A stretch of DNA of 64,000 nucleotides from Anaeroplasma bactoclasticum (GTDB taxonomy: Bacteria; Bacillota_I; Bacilli_A; ML615J-28; CAG-313): positions 20,732 to 84,731 of the forward strand of contig JAMPAL010000002.1 of the NCBI GenBank assembly GCA_023667245.1, written 5' to 3'. Numbering within the stretch: the stretch's first letter is position 1; every line of letters begins with the position of its first letter. The translations under genes were made by a program, and so were the position numbers. Positions 40,397 through 49,193 of the stretch are shown piece by piece. The notes under the pieces were generated by a model. The model worked only from the letters and a program-made list of their open reading frames with translations, did no database searches and was not told the origin of the DNA.

Positions 40397-40945
40397 ATGA
40401 ACAAAACAGATATGTATTACATCAATAAATACGATTCACCTATTGGTGGCATCACACTTGCGAGTAATGGGAAAGAACTCACTGGGCTTTGGTTTGATGG
40501 GCAAAAATATTTTGCCAACAATTTACCAGAGCACCCTATGGAAATGGATTTACCGCTATTTAAGCAAACTAAAAAATGGTTAGACATTTACTTTTCAGGT
40601 AAAACGCCTGATTTTACTCCACCTATTTCTATGGAGAATATTTCACCATTTCGCAAAAGGGTTTGGGAAATTATGCTAGCCATTCCCTTTGGAAAAACTT
40701 CTACATATGAAAAAATTGCAAAGCAAATTGAAAAAGAAAGTGGCAAAAAAGCTTCTGCGCAAGCAGTTGGTGGAGCTGTTGGACACAACTCCATTTCACT
40801 TATTATCCCTTGTCACAGGGTTGTTGGTACAAATGGAAATATTACAGGCTATGCTGGTGGTATAGATAAAAAACTTTTTCTTTTACAAATGGAAAGCATA
40901 GACATATCAAAACTATTTATTCCAAAAAACAAAACAACAGTTTAA
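40397..40945 (+). CDS. ogt: Methylated-DNA--protein-cysteine methyltransferase
   Basis: Active-site motif IPCHRVVG, the upstream helix-turn-helix segment (STYEKIAKQI), and RBS AAGGAGA 7 nt before the ATG. Confidence 0.9.
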   Translation: MNKTDMYYINKYDSPIGGITLASNGKELTGLWFDGQKYFANNLPEHPMEMDLPLFKQTKKWLDIYFSGKTPDFTPPISMENISPFRKRVWEIMLAIPFGKTSTYEKIAKQIEKESGKKASAQAVGGAVGHNSISLIIPCHRVVGTNGNITGYAGGIDKKLFLLQMESIDISKLFIPKNKTTV

Positions 40946-41251
40946 ACCAATTCAAACTTTTTTATACTATCAATGATAACCCTCAAATTAAGGAAAAAGA
41001 CAACTAATAAATTTTCAGTTGTGACTTGACCTCTTTATTTATTAATAGTATTATAATCCGTTTTTCCTTCTTCTTCCATTTGAAGTTTTTTCTTAATTAT
41101 ACTTTATACAAAAGGGATTATCGAAAATAGAATTATAACTTGGAAAGTTATTTATTAATATGTTATCTTGTTAGACTTTATTTATTCAATTTGTTTTATC
41201 CAATTTTGCAAGATGGCAGGATATTTTATTTATTTTTGTTACTTAATAGGG

Positions 41252-41297
41252 AAGAAAAAGACATAGAAATTCTTATTGAATTTCTATGTCTTTTATT
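41252..41297. terminator. 15-bp stem hairpin at the distal edge of the accessory island
   Basis: aaagacatagaaatt (41257-41271) pairs with aatttctatgtcttt (41279-41293). The minus strand continues TTTTTCTTCCC. Confidence 0.55.
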
Positions 41298-41303
41298 TTA
41301 TTT

Positions 41304-42994
41304 CTATTCAGTTAATAACCGATTATCTTTTTTATGAAATTCTAAATTGCCAAGTCGATAAGTTTCAATATCTTCATCGACTAATACAATTACTCCATTT
41401 GGCAATATATAACTTCCATTTCTATTACATATTCCACTTCTGTTGATAAAGCATTGAGTTGTACAAATCCTCTTTCTGCTACTCCACCACAGAACAAACA
41501 CATAGCATATCTTTTTCCTCCAGAAAAGGCATTACTTGATACAGCATGTCCTTATTGAGTCATTGCTCCACATCCACAAGTTGCTCTATGTTGATTATAA
41601 TCTACCCAAACATATGGTTCATGATGGTCATGAGCAGTTGTATAATTATTACAATGAATACAATAATGGTCATGATATACATGCAATAATGTCGTTGTAT
41701 ATCCACAATAACAAGTTGCTAAGTGTCCATAGTTCGCTTGTTCATATGTAGTATACGTATGAGAGTGTACCAAAATATTAATATTTATATTACCTGAAGA
41801 GGTTGTGTTTACATAATTTAACTTTAAATAATATGTTTCTTTCAAAAGTGGTTTATAAAATACAACATTTGATTCTGTATATGATTCTATTAATTCCATT
41901 TCATTATCATAAAGTTCTATTTTAATTGCACTTGTTGCATTCATATTAAACCCATAATATTTGTTATAGAGTGAATTATTAATTTCTAAAATAGAATCTT
42001 TACCCGATTGCACACCTGAATTAGAGGAAAAATTTGATGCACTTGATGAAATATCAACTTTATTTTTATCGTATTTGATAAAATAAATATTACTATCATC
42101 ATATAATTGAGCAAATATATTTATTTTACTTTTTCCTTCTTTACCATTCACGCTATATTCACCATACCATTTTTCAGAATTATTTGGTGTAGAATTATAC
42201 TTAAGTACAGCAGTACTTCCTGGTTTATGATACCAAGAATTAGTTGACAAATCGTATTTCATAAAATGATAATCATATCTAGACATTCTTATACATATTA
42301 GTTCTTGATTGTTAGTAATAGTGGGTATAGTTGTTGATAATGAAATATTAGTATAACCCATTTTTATTCAGTCATCCTTAACAACATTTGCTAATTGTGA
42401 TATCGAGTTTGCAGTGCCAAAACTACCACTTCCTGACATATCGCCTATTTGATATTGGATATAATTCCCTGAAGGGTAAAATTGATGTTGCCCTATTCTA
42501 TTCATAACATATGCATAACAATTATAATTTTTCCATTTATTATACTAGGAACCGCCTTGTTTCACCCAGTTACCATTTGAGTCTTTAACAATATTGTACT
42601 GTAATGAGTAAGAAGAATAAACAGACAATGGTGTATTTTGATTATCTAAGTAATAAATAACATTATCTTTTATTTCATTCGCAAAATTTTGCAGTTCATC
42701 ATAGTTAAAAACAAAGTCACAGAATTGGTTATTATAAACTAATTGTATTAGTCCTTTTACAAAGTTTCCAATATCTGAATAATCCCGAAATTTATTTGGT
42801 ATATCTATGTTATAATCTTCTAAAAATTACAAACTTTCTTCTTCTGTGATATTAATAAAATCATATTCAGTACTTGCACAAACACTTAACGTTGTTCTAT
42901 TTACAAATGAGCAGAAACCGAATGAAACTAACAAAACAAAACATAGAAATTTTTTAATTAAATTTTTTATATTTCTATATCTTCTATGCCTCAT
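41304..42994 (-). pseudogene. Secreted papain-like (Cys-His) hydrolase with a His/Cys-rich C-terminal repeat region, disrupted by four in-frame stops and one terminal frame change
   Basis: My translation from ATG 42994..42992 gives a signal peptide (MRHRRYRNIKNLIKKFLCFVLLVSFGFCSF). The same frame is then interrupted by TAA (42829..42827), TAG (42547..42545), TGA (42370..42368) and TAA (41554..41552). Conserved-looking motifs are NCYAYVMN, YDYHFMKY and WYHKPG, followed by HxH...CxCG repeats. The last about 65 aa (41304..41501) lie in a different frame. Confidence 0.7.
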
Positions 42995-43196
42995 TTAACA
43001 AATAAACCTTAAATATCCCTACATAACCTTCACTTTTTGATGCAAATAAAAGGTATTGGTTATTTACATTTTCAATTAAATAAAAGCTATCCGCCTCATT
43101 GATGTCCGTTGTGCTCTTTATTACAAAACACTTTTCGATATTCATTAGATCAACAAGTTCCACATTATAAAAAAATTCATAATCACTTGAATTCAT
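42984..43196 (-). CDS. Small hypothetical protein, probably the remnant of a longer degraded gene
   Basis: 70-aa ORF whose stop overlaps the downstream start. The same frame stays open upstream of its Met (…CITNFKVEIKNNKLNIDNEEVGTLSNGKISQDNW) until an in-frame TGA at about 43326. A lipoprotein-like start (TTG..SFLTCSC) sits in another frame at about 43385. Confidence 0.35.
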   Translation of the reverse strand: MNSSDYEFFYNVELVDLMNIEKCFVIKSTTDINEADSFYLIENVNNQYLLFASKSEGYVGIFKVYLLNEA

Positions 43197-43476
43197 CCAA
43201 TTATCTTGACTTATTTTTCCATTAGATAGAGTGCCTACTTCCTCATTATCTATATTTAATTTATTATTTTTGATTTCTACTTTAAAATTTGTTATGCACC
43301 TTGAAAAGCATATTGGCTGAGCAACTCATACGGCATTATATTTACCATTTTTTATATGAATTATAATTCGTGCAACTACAAGTTAAAAAACTCAAAAGAA
43401 TCCCCCCCTAACACAAGAAATAATCTTGTGTATTTACTATGATTTCCACCTTATTTCATGCTATGCTTTTATAAGC

Positions 43477-43507
43477 AAAAAACTCTCTTTTTTACCTAAA
43501 GAGAGTT
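43477..43507 (-). terminator. Hairpin terminator downstream of the 43654..43989 fragment
   Basis: aactctcttt (43481-43490) pairs with aaagagagtt (43498-43507). The minus strand continues with a T-run and then GCTTAT. Confidence 0.45.
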
Positions 43508-43653
43508 TTCTATCCTTATTTTGTTGCCTTAGGCATTGATACAACCATCTAAGTGTGCTTTTGCTTATAATTTCATTTTATCATAAAATATTTTCTTACA
43601 CAATCAATATCATAATTTTTATTGATGCTCATTTTCTGAATATGTATGTTCTT

Positions 43654-43989
43654 TTAAAACCATATCTCCACATAGCAACTAGCGTAATGTTCGTGTTCAT
43701 TATAATACTCATAATAATTATTATAGACGTGATATATAAAGATATCTGAATTGCAATATGCTTTATGTGAAAGTTCATCTATATATTCGTAGCTTTCACC
43801 ATAACGATAATGATGTGGTTTGGAAATAACTTGATTTTTTGTATCAACACATACATCTATATAATCAATTATAATTCTTCCTTTATTTTCTACTATTATT
43901 CTTATTTTTAACACCTTTAGGTATGATTGTAAAATTTGCTTTTGATGGTAATAAAAGTACATTCGCCTCTTTTTATATTCTCCATTCAT
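43654..43989 (-). pseudogene. Fragment paralogous to the His/Cys-rich C-terminal region of the 41304..42994 gene
   Basis: ...HHYRYGESYEYIDELSHKAYCNSD...YNEHEHYASC resembles ...YNQHRATCGCG of the neighbouring gene. The expected CxCG continues only after a 1-nt shift (CGDMVLKEHTYSENEHQ). No catalytic N-terminal domain is present. Confidence 0.4.
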
Positions 43990-44287
43990 TTGCTACTTCA
44001 TTAAAATATTGTCCTTAATTACTTTCGTTTTTAAAAGTCATAAATAACATATTTGGTAAGCACTGCTATTTGTATATAATATTATAATAAATTACTCCAG
44101 TCATAAAGCTATTTAATATATCAGAATACATATATGTAGGTAGATAGGTTCATTCCTCCAATTTGAACGCATTTCTAGCATTGTATGTATAATGCTTTAC
44201 TTGGTTAAAGTCATTTGTACAATTTCATGGAAGAGCAAGAGTTTTTTCCATTTCCCTGTGGATTATTACTTGTAACTCTAGTATAGT

Positions 44288-44900
44288 TAATTTTCGTTAT
44301 AAACTTGTGCTACTGTTTCAGCAAAAATAGATCTTGATTTTTTGTTTTCATCAGGATTATTTTCTTTATTTCTTAAGCATTTGTTTCGCACCTCTTGCCA
44401 TATAAAGCCTATTATTCTTTTTTCATCCAACATATAGAAAGAGTCAGGTTGATATTCCCATTTATATGTATTTTGTTTCTTGTTATAATGTATATATTGT
44501 TGCCTTCCATCATTACAAGCATATACAACTGCAAAATCACAACTGTGAAGAATTCTTGAATTTTTCTTGTCTTTAACTTTTATAGTAATTACTCTGCTAC
44601 TATCCTCAGCATAATCATATAAGAATATTTATCAAATGCTTGTTTTAGAATATTTCGTATTTCTTTTGCACTATAATCTTCGTCATCATCATTGACCCCA
44701 ATGTTTACATCAAAATCATATCCTTTATTACCATTTACCTCTCTTGTAATCATATTTCGACTTGCACTCCCAATAAAATCAAATCTAAATGTAAAAAAAT
44801 CTCGAACCTCATCTTGAACCATATTAATCAGTTCTATAAGTTCTTTCTTTACTGACATATATTCTTTTTTTGATACATATTCGTACTGTTTCATAAACAA
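44288..44900 (-). pseudogene. Minimal Pol-beta-superfamily nucleotidyltransferase (about 200 aa) split by a single frameshift near 44615-44630
   Basis: The track ORF 44589..44900 carries the NTase motif FIGSASRNMITREVNGNKGYDFDVNIG (GS ... DxD). The C-terminal half reads on in another frame to TAA at 44290..44288 (YDYAEDSSRVITIKVKDKKNSRILHSCDFAVVYA...QVYNEN). Confidence 0.65.
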
Positions 44901-45020
44901 CCCCCTCTATCTTTTCGTTCATTTAGTATGTATCTTCACTAAATCGTAATATAATACTAATAAAGTCCTAAGTTGTCAAGTAATTTGTATAGAAATTATG
45001 CTGCAAAATAAAAGTTGAGA

Positions 45021-45046
45021 TTAAATGATTAAGCATAATCATTTAA
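45021..45046 (-). terminator. Weak hairpin between the 1216-aa ORF and the nucleotidyltransferase gene
   Basis: ttaaatgatt (45021-45030) pairs with aatcatttaa (45037-45046). The stem is all A/T, and the minus-strand tail is only moderately T-rich. Confidence 0.3.
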
Positions 45047-45083
45047 AAACTGAAATGTTTCAAATTTTTTATGCCTACTTGCC

Positions 45084-48000
45084 TTATAAAAGAATTGCTT
45101 CCATTCTATCATCATCTGCATTTTCTTTATAGGAGGTTGCTATTTGAGTTAAAACATAATTCGTTGATGATTTTAATTTATAATGTTCTGCATATGAAAA
45201 ATATTGATTCATTATATTATATTCCATAGTGCCATCTTCTATAGTGCGAGCCCCTCGAGAATTTATTTTTGAAATAATAAATTGCGATAATATTTCTCTG
45301 TTAGAAATCAATTCTAAAATATCTGAAACATTGTTGGAAGGCCAAACTTCTCCATCTTTTTCTTTCTCAAATGATATAGTATGCATAATAGTACGTTGAA
45401 CTAAATCTTTTTCTTTATCATCTAAAGTTTGGGATGCATCTAATAATATTTTTACCCATTTTTTCAATTTATCAGGATATAATGAAATGTATTCTTCAGG
45501 AATTAAACATCTATTAAGTGGATAAAGCAAAAGATTTTTCAATTCTTCATCTTTAAAATCATTACTATATACTTTACTTAAAAGTTCCACTAATACACTT
45601 GGGTTATTCCAAAAATATTTTTTAATTCCTAGTGACAACGCTTCACTCTTCAAAATTGGCAATAGTTTAAATTCACAAAAGACAATTTCTTCATCATATA
45701 CCATATTGTCAAGTTTATTTATAAAATCACAAATTAAAGAAATATAATTATTCTCAAAATCCAATCCAATAGGATTTTTTATAAACGATAATAATGCTTG
45801 TTTCATTTTTTCTACATTAAAACGATAATCAGGATTAGCAAGATAGTCAATTACTTTAATAGGAAAAAAGTGGAGTAATCTATCATATGCTTTTTTAAAT
45901 ACATCTTCGTTTTCTATTCCATATAAAGTTTGATTTTTCCAAAATAAATCCTCATTTTTCTTCCTTTTCACAAAATTAATGGTATTCTCATTAAGAGGTA
46001 ACAAAGGAATAATGTTAAATTGTATTTCTTCATCATAACTTTCTATAATTTTCATTAATTTAAAAGGTTCAATATTTATAAAACAATTAAACAATAAATT
46101 ATACTTTCCTAATTTAAATAAACTTAAAATAAGTTTACTATGGTTATGTTCATACTGTAATAACAGTTTTCCTATTTGACTCTCATTTGAAACCGTTTCT
46201 ACAATTTTATCAGTAGCATCATTTCTATAATAGCTATATAAAACTTGAAATGTTTCATTAAGTTCTTCCTCCCTTTTAAGATCATTTATTCTTGTATAGT
46301 TTTTATAATTGTTTTGATTATATGGTTCAGGATTCTTTAAAGGAAAGTAATATGGCTTTGCTTCAAGTCTGTATTTATATTTTAAAAACACGTCAGTAGG
46401 TTCAGAAATTTCTAATAATTGCTCAAAACAATCTAAAAACTTTATTTTATATTTTCGACTTTCAATATACATTTTCATATCATAAATTTCATAAAGAATT
46501 ATTTTATAAATTTTATATTTATAATTATCATCAAAAGTTGCTATTTTCTCTTTTAATTTTTCAAAAAAGTGATAAATATTTTTTGAAGGAACGTAATTTA
46601 TAAAATCAAATGCATTTTTCAACCACACAGAATAATCTTTTGTATTATCAATTAGCCAATAAATTGCAAATTGATAATAAAAATCAATATCACTATCACT
46701 TAATTTAATTACATTATTATTTCTTTTCCACTTAGGACTAATAGAAATGCCTCTTGATAAATTTCTTCTTGATATAAATAATTCAAGTATTTTTTCTGAT
46801 TTACTATTGTCATATCTTGAAAGTTTATCTTTTAATAATTGAATTTTATCTTGTATTTTTAAAGGTATAATGTTAGTTGATACTAAACTAAAATATGATG
46901 CAATTTTTTCTGCAAAATGAAAATGTTCAAGTATTGTATAATCACTGAAATAAATTTTTAAATATATATTCAAAGCTCGTATGCATATATTATCCATCTG
47001 ACAACAAATATCAAGAGCCCAACATATGTATTTAAAATGAGATTCATCACACTCAGGTAAAAAACCATTATATCTCTTTTCTATCAAATTGCTTACAGCT
47101 AAGTTCTTAAAATATAAATTAGTTTCTAAAAAATCCAGGAAAATATTTGGAGATAATTCTGCTATTTTTGGAAAATACGGGGCTATGTTAAAAACTAGAT
47201 TTTCATTATTCATTATGTTATTTAAAATTTCTTCGATATGTTTATCACAACATTCTTGGTTTTTATCTGAAATATTACTATATAAAATTAAACTATCAAG
47301 AATTCCTTCAACTAAATATGTCTTATATTTTTCTTTTATACCATAAACACTTGAATAGTGCCATTGTTCTGGTGCTAAATTATATTTCTCATTTTCGCAA
47401 TTAAATATTTTTTTTAATGAACTTACTAAACGAGTAATATAAACACTTGAAATATCAATTATTTTAAAGCACTCTTCTTTTGAATTAATTTTATAAATAA
47501 AATTATATCTAAATACTGGACTATCGTCTTTACCTACCCATTTATCTAATGATAATAAATATTCATCAAATTTTATACCAGAAATTATTTTTAATACTTC
47601 TCGATCATATTTATCGTTTTTATTAAACTCAGTTACAAGCAATAATGGAATTATACTATCTCTATTTGAATCCTTTGTCCATTTAGGTTGTTTAACACAT
47701 GGTTCAATTGCTAGTTGCCTTTTTAATATAGATAAGTTTTTATTTACCTTTGCTGATAATTCACTAGCATCTATATTTTGTAGTCCCATACTTTCAAGAG
47801 CTTTTGTAAAATTAACATGTGTACAATAATTTAAATTTAAAATAGTTTCAATTCCTCTTTCAGTTTCTGAAATCATAATAATATATAGATTATCATCACC
47901 CAATATTATATCTTGATAAAATTTAGTTATAACTATTTTATCTTTACAATTTTTCTTAATATAATTCAATGAATCAACATTATTTGCAAAAATAATTTTT

Positions 48001-48734
48001 TCTTTAATTTCTTTTTTACCCAATTCAAATAAACTTCCTAATAAAAAATATAATACATGTTCTGTTCCTTGATAAGATTTGATTGTTAAAAATTTATGTT
48101 GTGCAGATTCAAAATAAGTGTATAACTCTTCCATTTTATCTCTATTACTATTTATCATTATTTTGCTATTAAATTGAGGACTCGTTATGTTTACAACTTT
48201 ATTCCATTTACTCTGAAAGGTATCAACATCTATATTTTTTCCTTCACTAAATTGTTCAAGTAGCCATACACCCACTTCAATATTTTCTTCTATCCAATCA
48301 GATATTTTCTCTGCATCAATTAGGATAACTTGTTTCCATATTTTTTCTTGGTTTTTAGAATATTCCCAATCTAGAATATTTATTCCAAATATATTGGAAG
48401 ACACAAGTAAAAAAGTATACTCTCTTTTATCATAATCAGTAAGTTCTTTACTTCTCTTATCATAATCAGCATTAATTTTTTTTAAAGAATTCTCATTTGT
48501 TCCTACTTCCCAAATAGAGTTTCCTATTGGAACATAATTTGTATCAACAGTAACGTTTTCTATTACACCATCAAATCCATATGCCCAAATTGCATCACCT
48601 GATGGAAATCTAATATTGCCTCTTCTATTACAAGAAGCAATAATTAATCTTTTTATTAGTTCAGGAAATATTCCTTGTCCTTTTCTGCTACCAGAAAATA
48701 ATTGCGCTATTTTTGTGCTTGTAATAAAATTCAT
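45084..48734 (-). CDS. Orphan large protein (1216 aa): N-terminal about 160-aa globular domain with a possible D...E-x-G-T...K nuclease-like signature, the rest predicted helical-repeat-like
   Basis: This is an uninterrupted 3.65-kb ORF in the most AT-rich DNA of the window, where random stops are frequent, and that argues for selection. RBS AAGGAGAA precedes the ATG. The N terminus reads FPELIKRLIIAS...IRFPSGDAIWAYGFDGV...IGNSIWEVGTNENSLKKINADYDKR. I saw no P-loop and no TM helix. Confidence 0.85.
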   Translation of the reverse strand: MNFITSTKIAQLFSGSRKGQGIFPELIKRLIIASCNRRGNIRFPSGDAIWAYGFDGVIENVTVDTNYVPIGNSIWEVGTNENSLKKINADYDKRSKELTDYDKREYTFLLVSSNIFGINILDWEYSKNQEKIWKQVILIDAEKISDWIEENIEVGVWLLEQFSEGKNIDVDTFQSKWNKVVNITSPQFNSKIMINSNRDKMEELYTYFESAQHKFLTIKSYQGTEHVLYFLLGSLFELGKKEIKEKIIFANNVDSLNYIKKNCKDKIVITKFYQDIILGDDNLYIIMISETERGIETILNLNYCTHVNFTKALESMGLQNIDASELSAKVNKNLSILKRQLAIEPCVKQPKWTKDSNRDSIIPLLLVTEFNKNDKYDREVLKIISGIKFDEYLLSLDKWVGKDDSPVFRYNFIYKINSKEECFKIIDISSVYITRLVSSLKKIFNCENEKYNLAPEQWHYSSVYGIKEKYKTYLVEGILDSLILYSNISDKNQECCDKHIEEILNNIMNNENLVFNIAPYFPKIAELSPNIFLDFLETNLYFKNLAVSNLIEKRYNGFLPECDESHFKYICWALDICCQMDNICIRALNIYLKIYFSDYTILEHFHFAEKIASYFSLVSTNIIPLKIQDKIQLLKDKLSRYDNSKSEKILELFISRRNLSRGISISPKWKRNNNVIKLSDSDIDFYYQFAIYWLIDNTKDYSVWLKNAFDFINYVPSKNIYHFFEKLKEKIATFDDNYKYKIYKIILYEIYDMKMYIESRKYKIKFLDCFEQLLEISEPTDVFLKYKYRLEAKPYYFPLKNPEPYNQNNYKNYTRINDLKREEELNETFQVLYSYYRNDATDKIVETVSNESQIGKLLLQYEHNHSKLILSLFKLGKYNLLFNCFINIEPFKLMKIIESYDEEIQFNIIPLLPLNENTINFVKRKKNEDLFWKNQTLYGIENEDVFKKAYDRLLHFFPIKVIDYLANPDYRFNVEKMKQALLSFIKNPIGLDFENNYISLICDFINKLDNMVYDEEIVFCEFKLLPILKSEALSLGIKKYFWNNPSVLVELLSKVYSNDFKDEELKNLLLYPLNRCLIPEEYISLYPDKLKKWVKILLDASQTLDDKEKDLVQRTIMHTISFEKEKDGEVWPSNNVSDILELISNREILSQFIISKINSRGARTIEDGTMEYNIMNQYFSYAEHYKLKSSTNYVLTQIATSYKENADDDRMEAILL

Positions 48735-48922
48735 AGTTTTCTCCTTAATTATTATCGTAACTCTTACAATTTACAATTATTATATCATAACCAATATATT
48801 TTTAGCAAAAATTTATTTTAAATATCAATTTATTTTTTTTCATGAGTTTGAGTTCCATTTTTTATTTTTTTATAAAAAATAGCCATAAAATTTAATCCAA
48901 TTTTTTGATAAATTTTAAAGTA

Positions 48923-48977
48923 TTAAAAAAGGCTATTTTACTTACATTTATTAGGACTTATAAAGTAAAATAGCCTT
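48923..48977 (-). terminator. Strong terminator immediately downstream of tRNA-Leu
   Basis: 14-bp stem: aaggctattttact (48929-48942) pairs with agtaaaatagcctt (48964-48977). The minus strand continues TTTTTTAATAC. Confidence 0.65.
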
Positions 48978-48992
48978 TTCGTATGCTTTACA

Positions 48993-49077
48993 TGGTGCAA
49001 CTGATGAGATTCGAACTCACACGTCTTTCGACACTACAGCCTGAATGTAGCGCGTCTGCCAATTCCGCCACAATTGC
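48993..49077 (-). tRNA. tRNA-Leu (anticodon CAG), type II with a long variable arm, CCA encoded
   Basis: Folded by hand. The acceptor is GCAATTG/CAGTTGC. The anticodon stem is CTACA/TGTAG with loop TTCAGGC. The T-loop is GTTCGAATC, and the 3' end is CCA. Length 85 nt. Confidence 0.9.
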
Positions 49078-49193
49078 ATTTTAAATAGTATACCACAAAA
49101 TCTTCTTTTTGAAAAGTAAATCAATTTAATTTTATTATACAAAATAAAGAAGACACCTTATGACTTGTTAGTAATCAGGTGTCTTTTTGAATA

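Noticed and set aside
40946-41300. A direct repeat of the tRNA-Leu 3' end (attL/attR) marking the distal island boundary.
   Set aside because: I scanned this region by eye for tggtgcaactgatgagattcgaac or sub-strings of it and found none. Only a hairpin terminator is present. A computational search for imperfect repeats would still be worthwhile.
41140-41751. Plus-strand track ORFs 41140..41337 and 41536..41751, and 43555..43749 further along.
   Set aside because: They are antisense to, or overlap, the better-supported minus-strand pseudogene frames. Their translations are low-complexity and hydrophobic, and they have no RBS.
41304-44900. Stop-codon reassignment or programmed readthrough as the explanation for the in-frame TAA/TAG/TGA codons.
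   Set aside because: All three stop types are involved. Neighbouring ORFs of 1216, 1641 and 2982 codons contain none internally. None of the six tRNAs in the window has a suppressor anticodon. Frameshifts co-occur in adjacent genes. Pseudogenisation is the simpler reading.
41000-48900. A prophage or integrative conjugative element.
   Set aside because: No capsid, terminase, tail, portal, relaxase, T4SS or integrase-like sequences are detectable. The content is limited to toxin-like, NTase and orphan genes, so I call it a degraded genomic island only.
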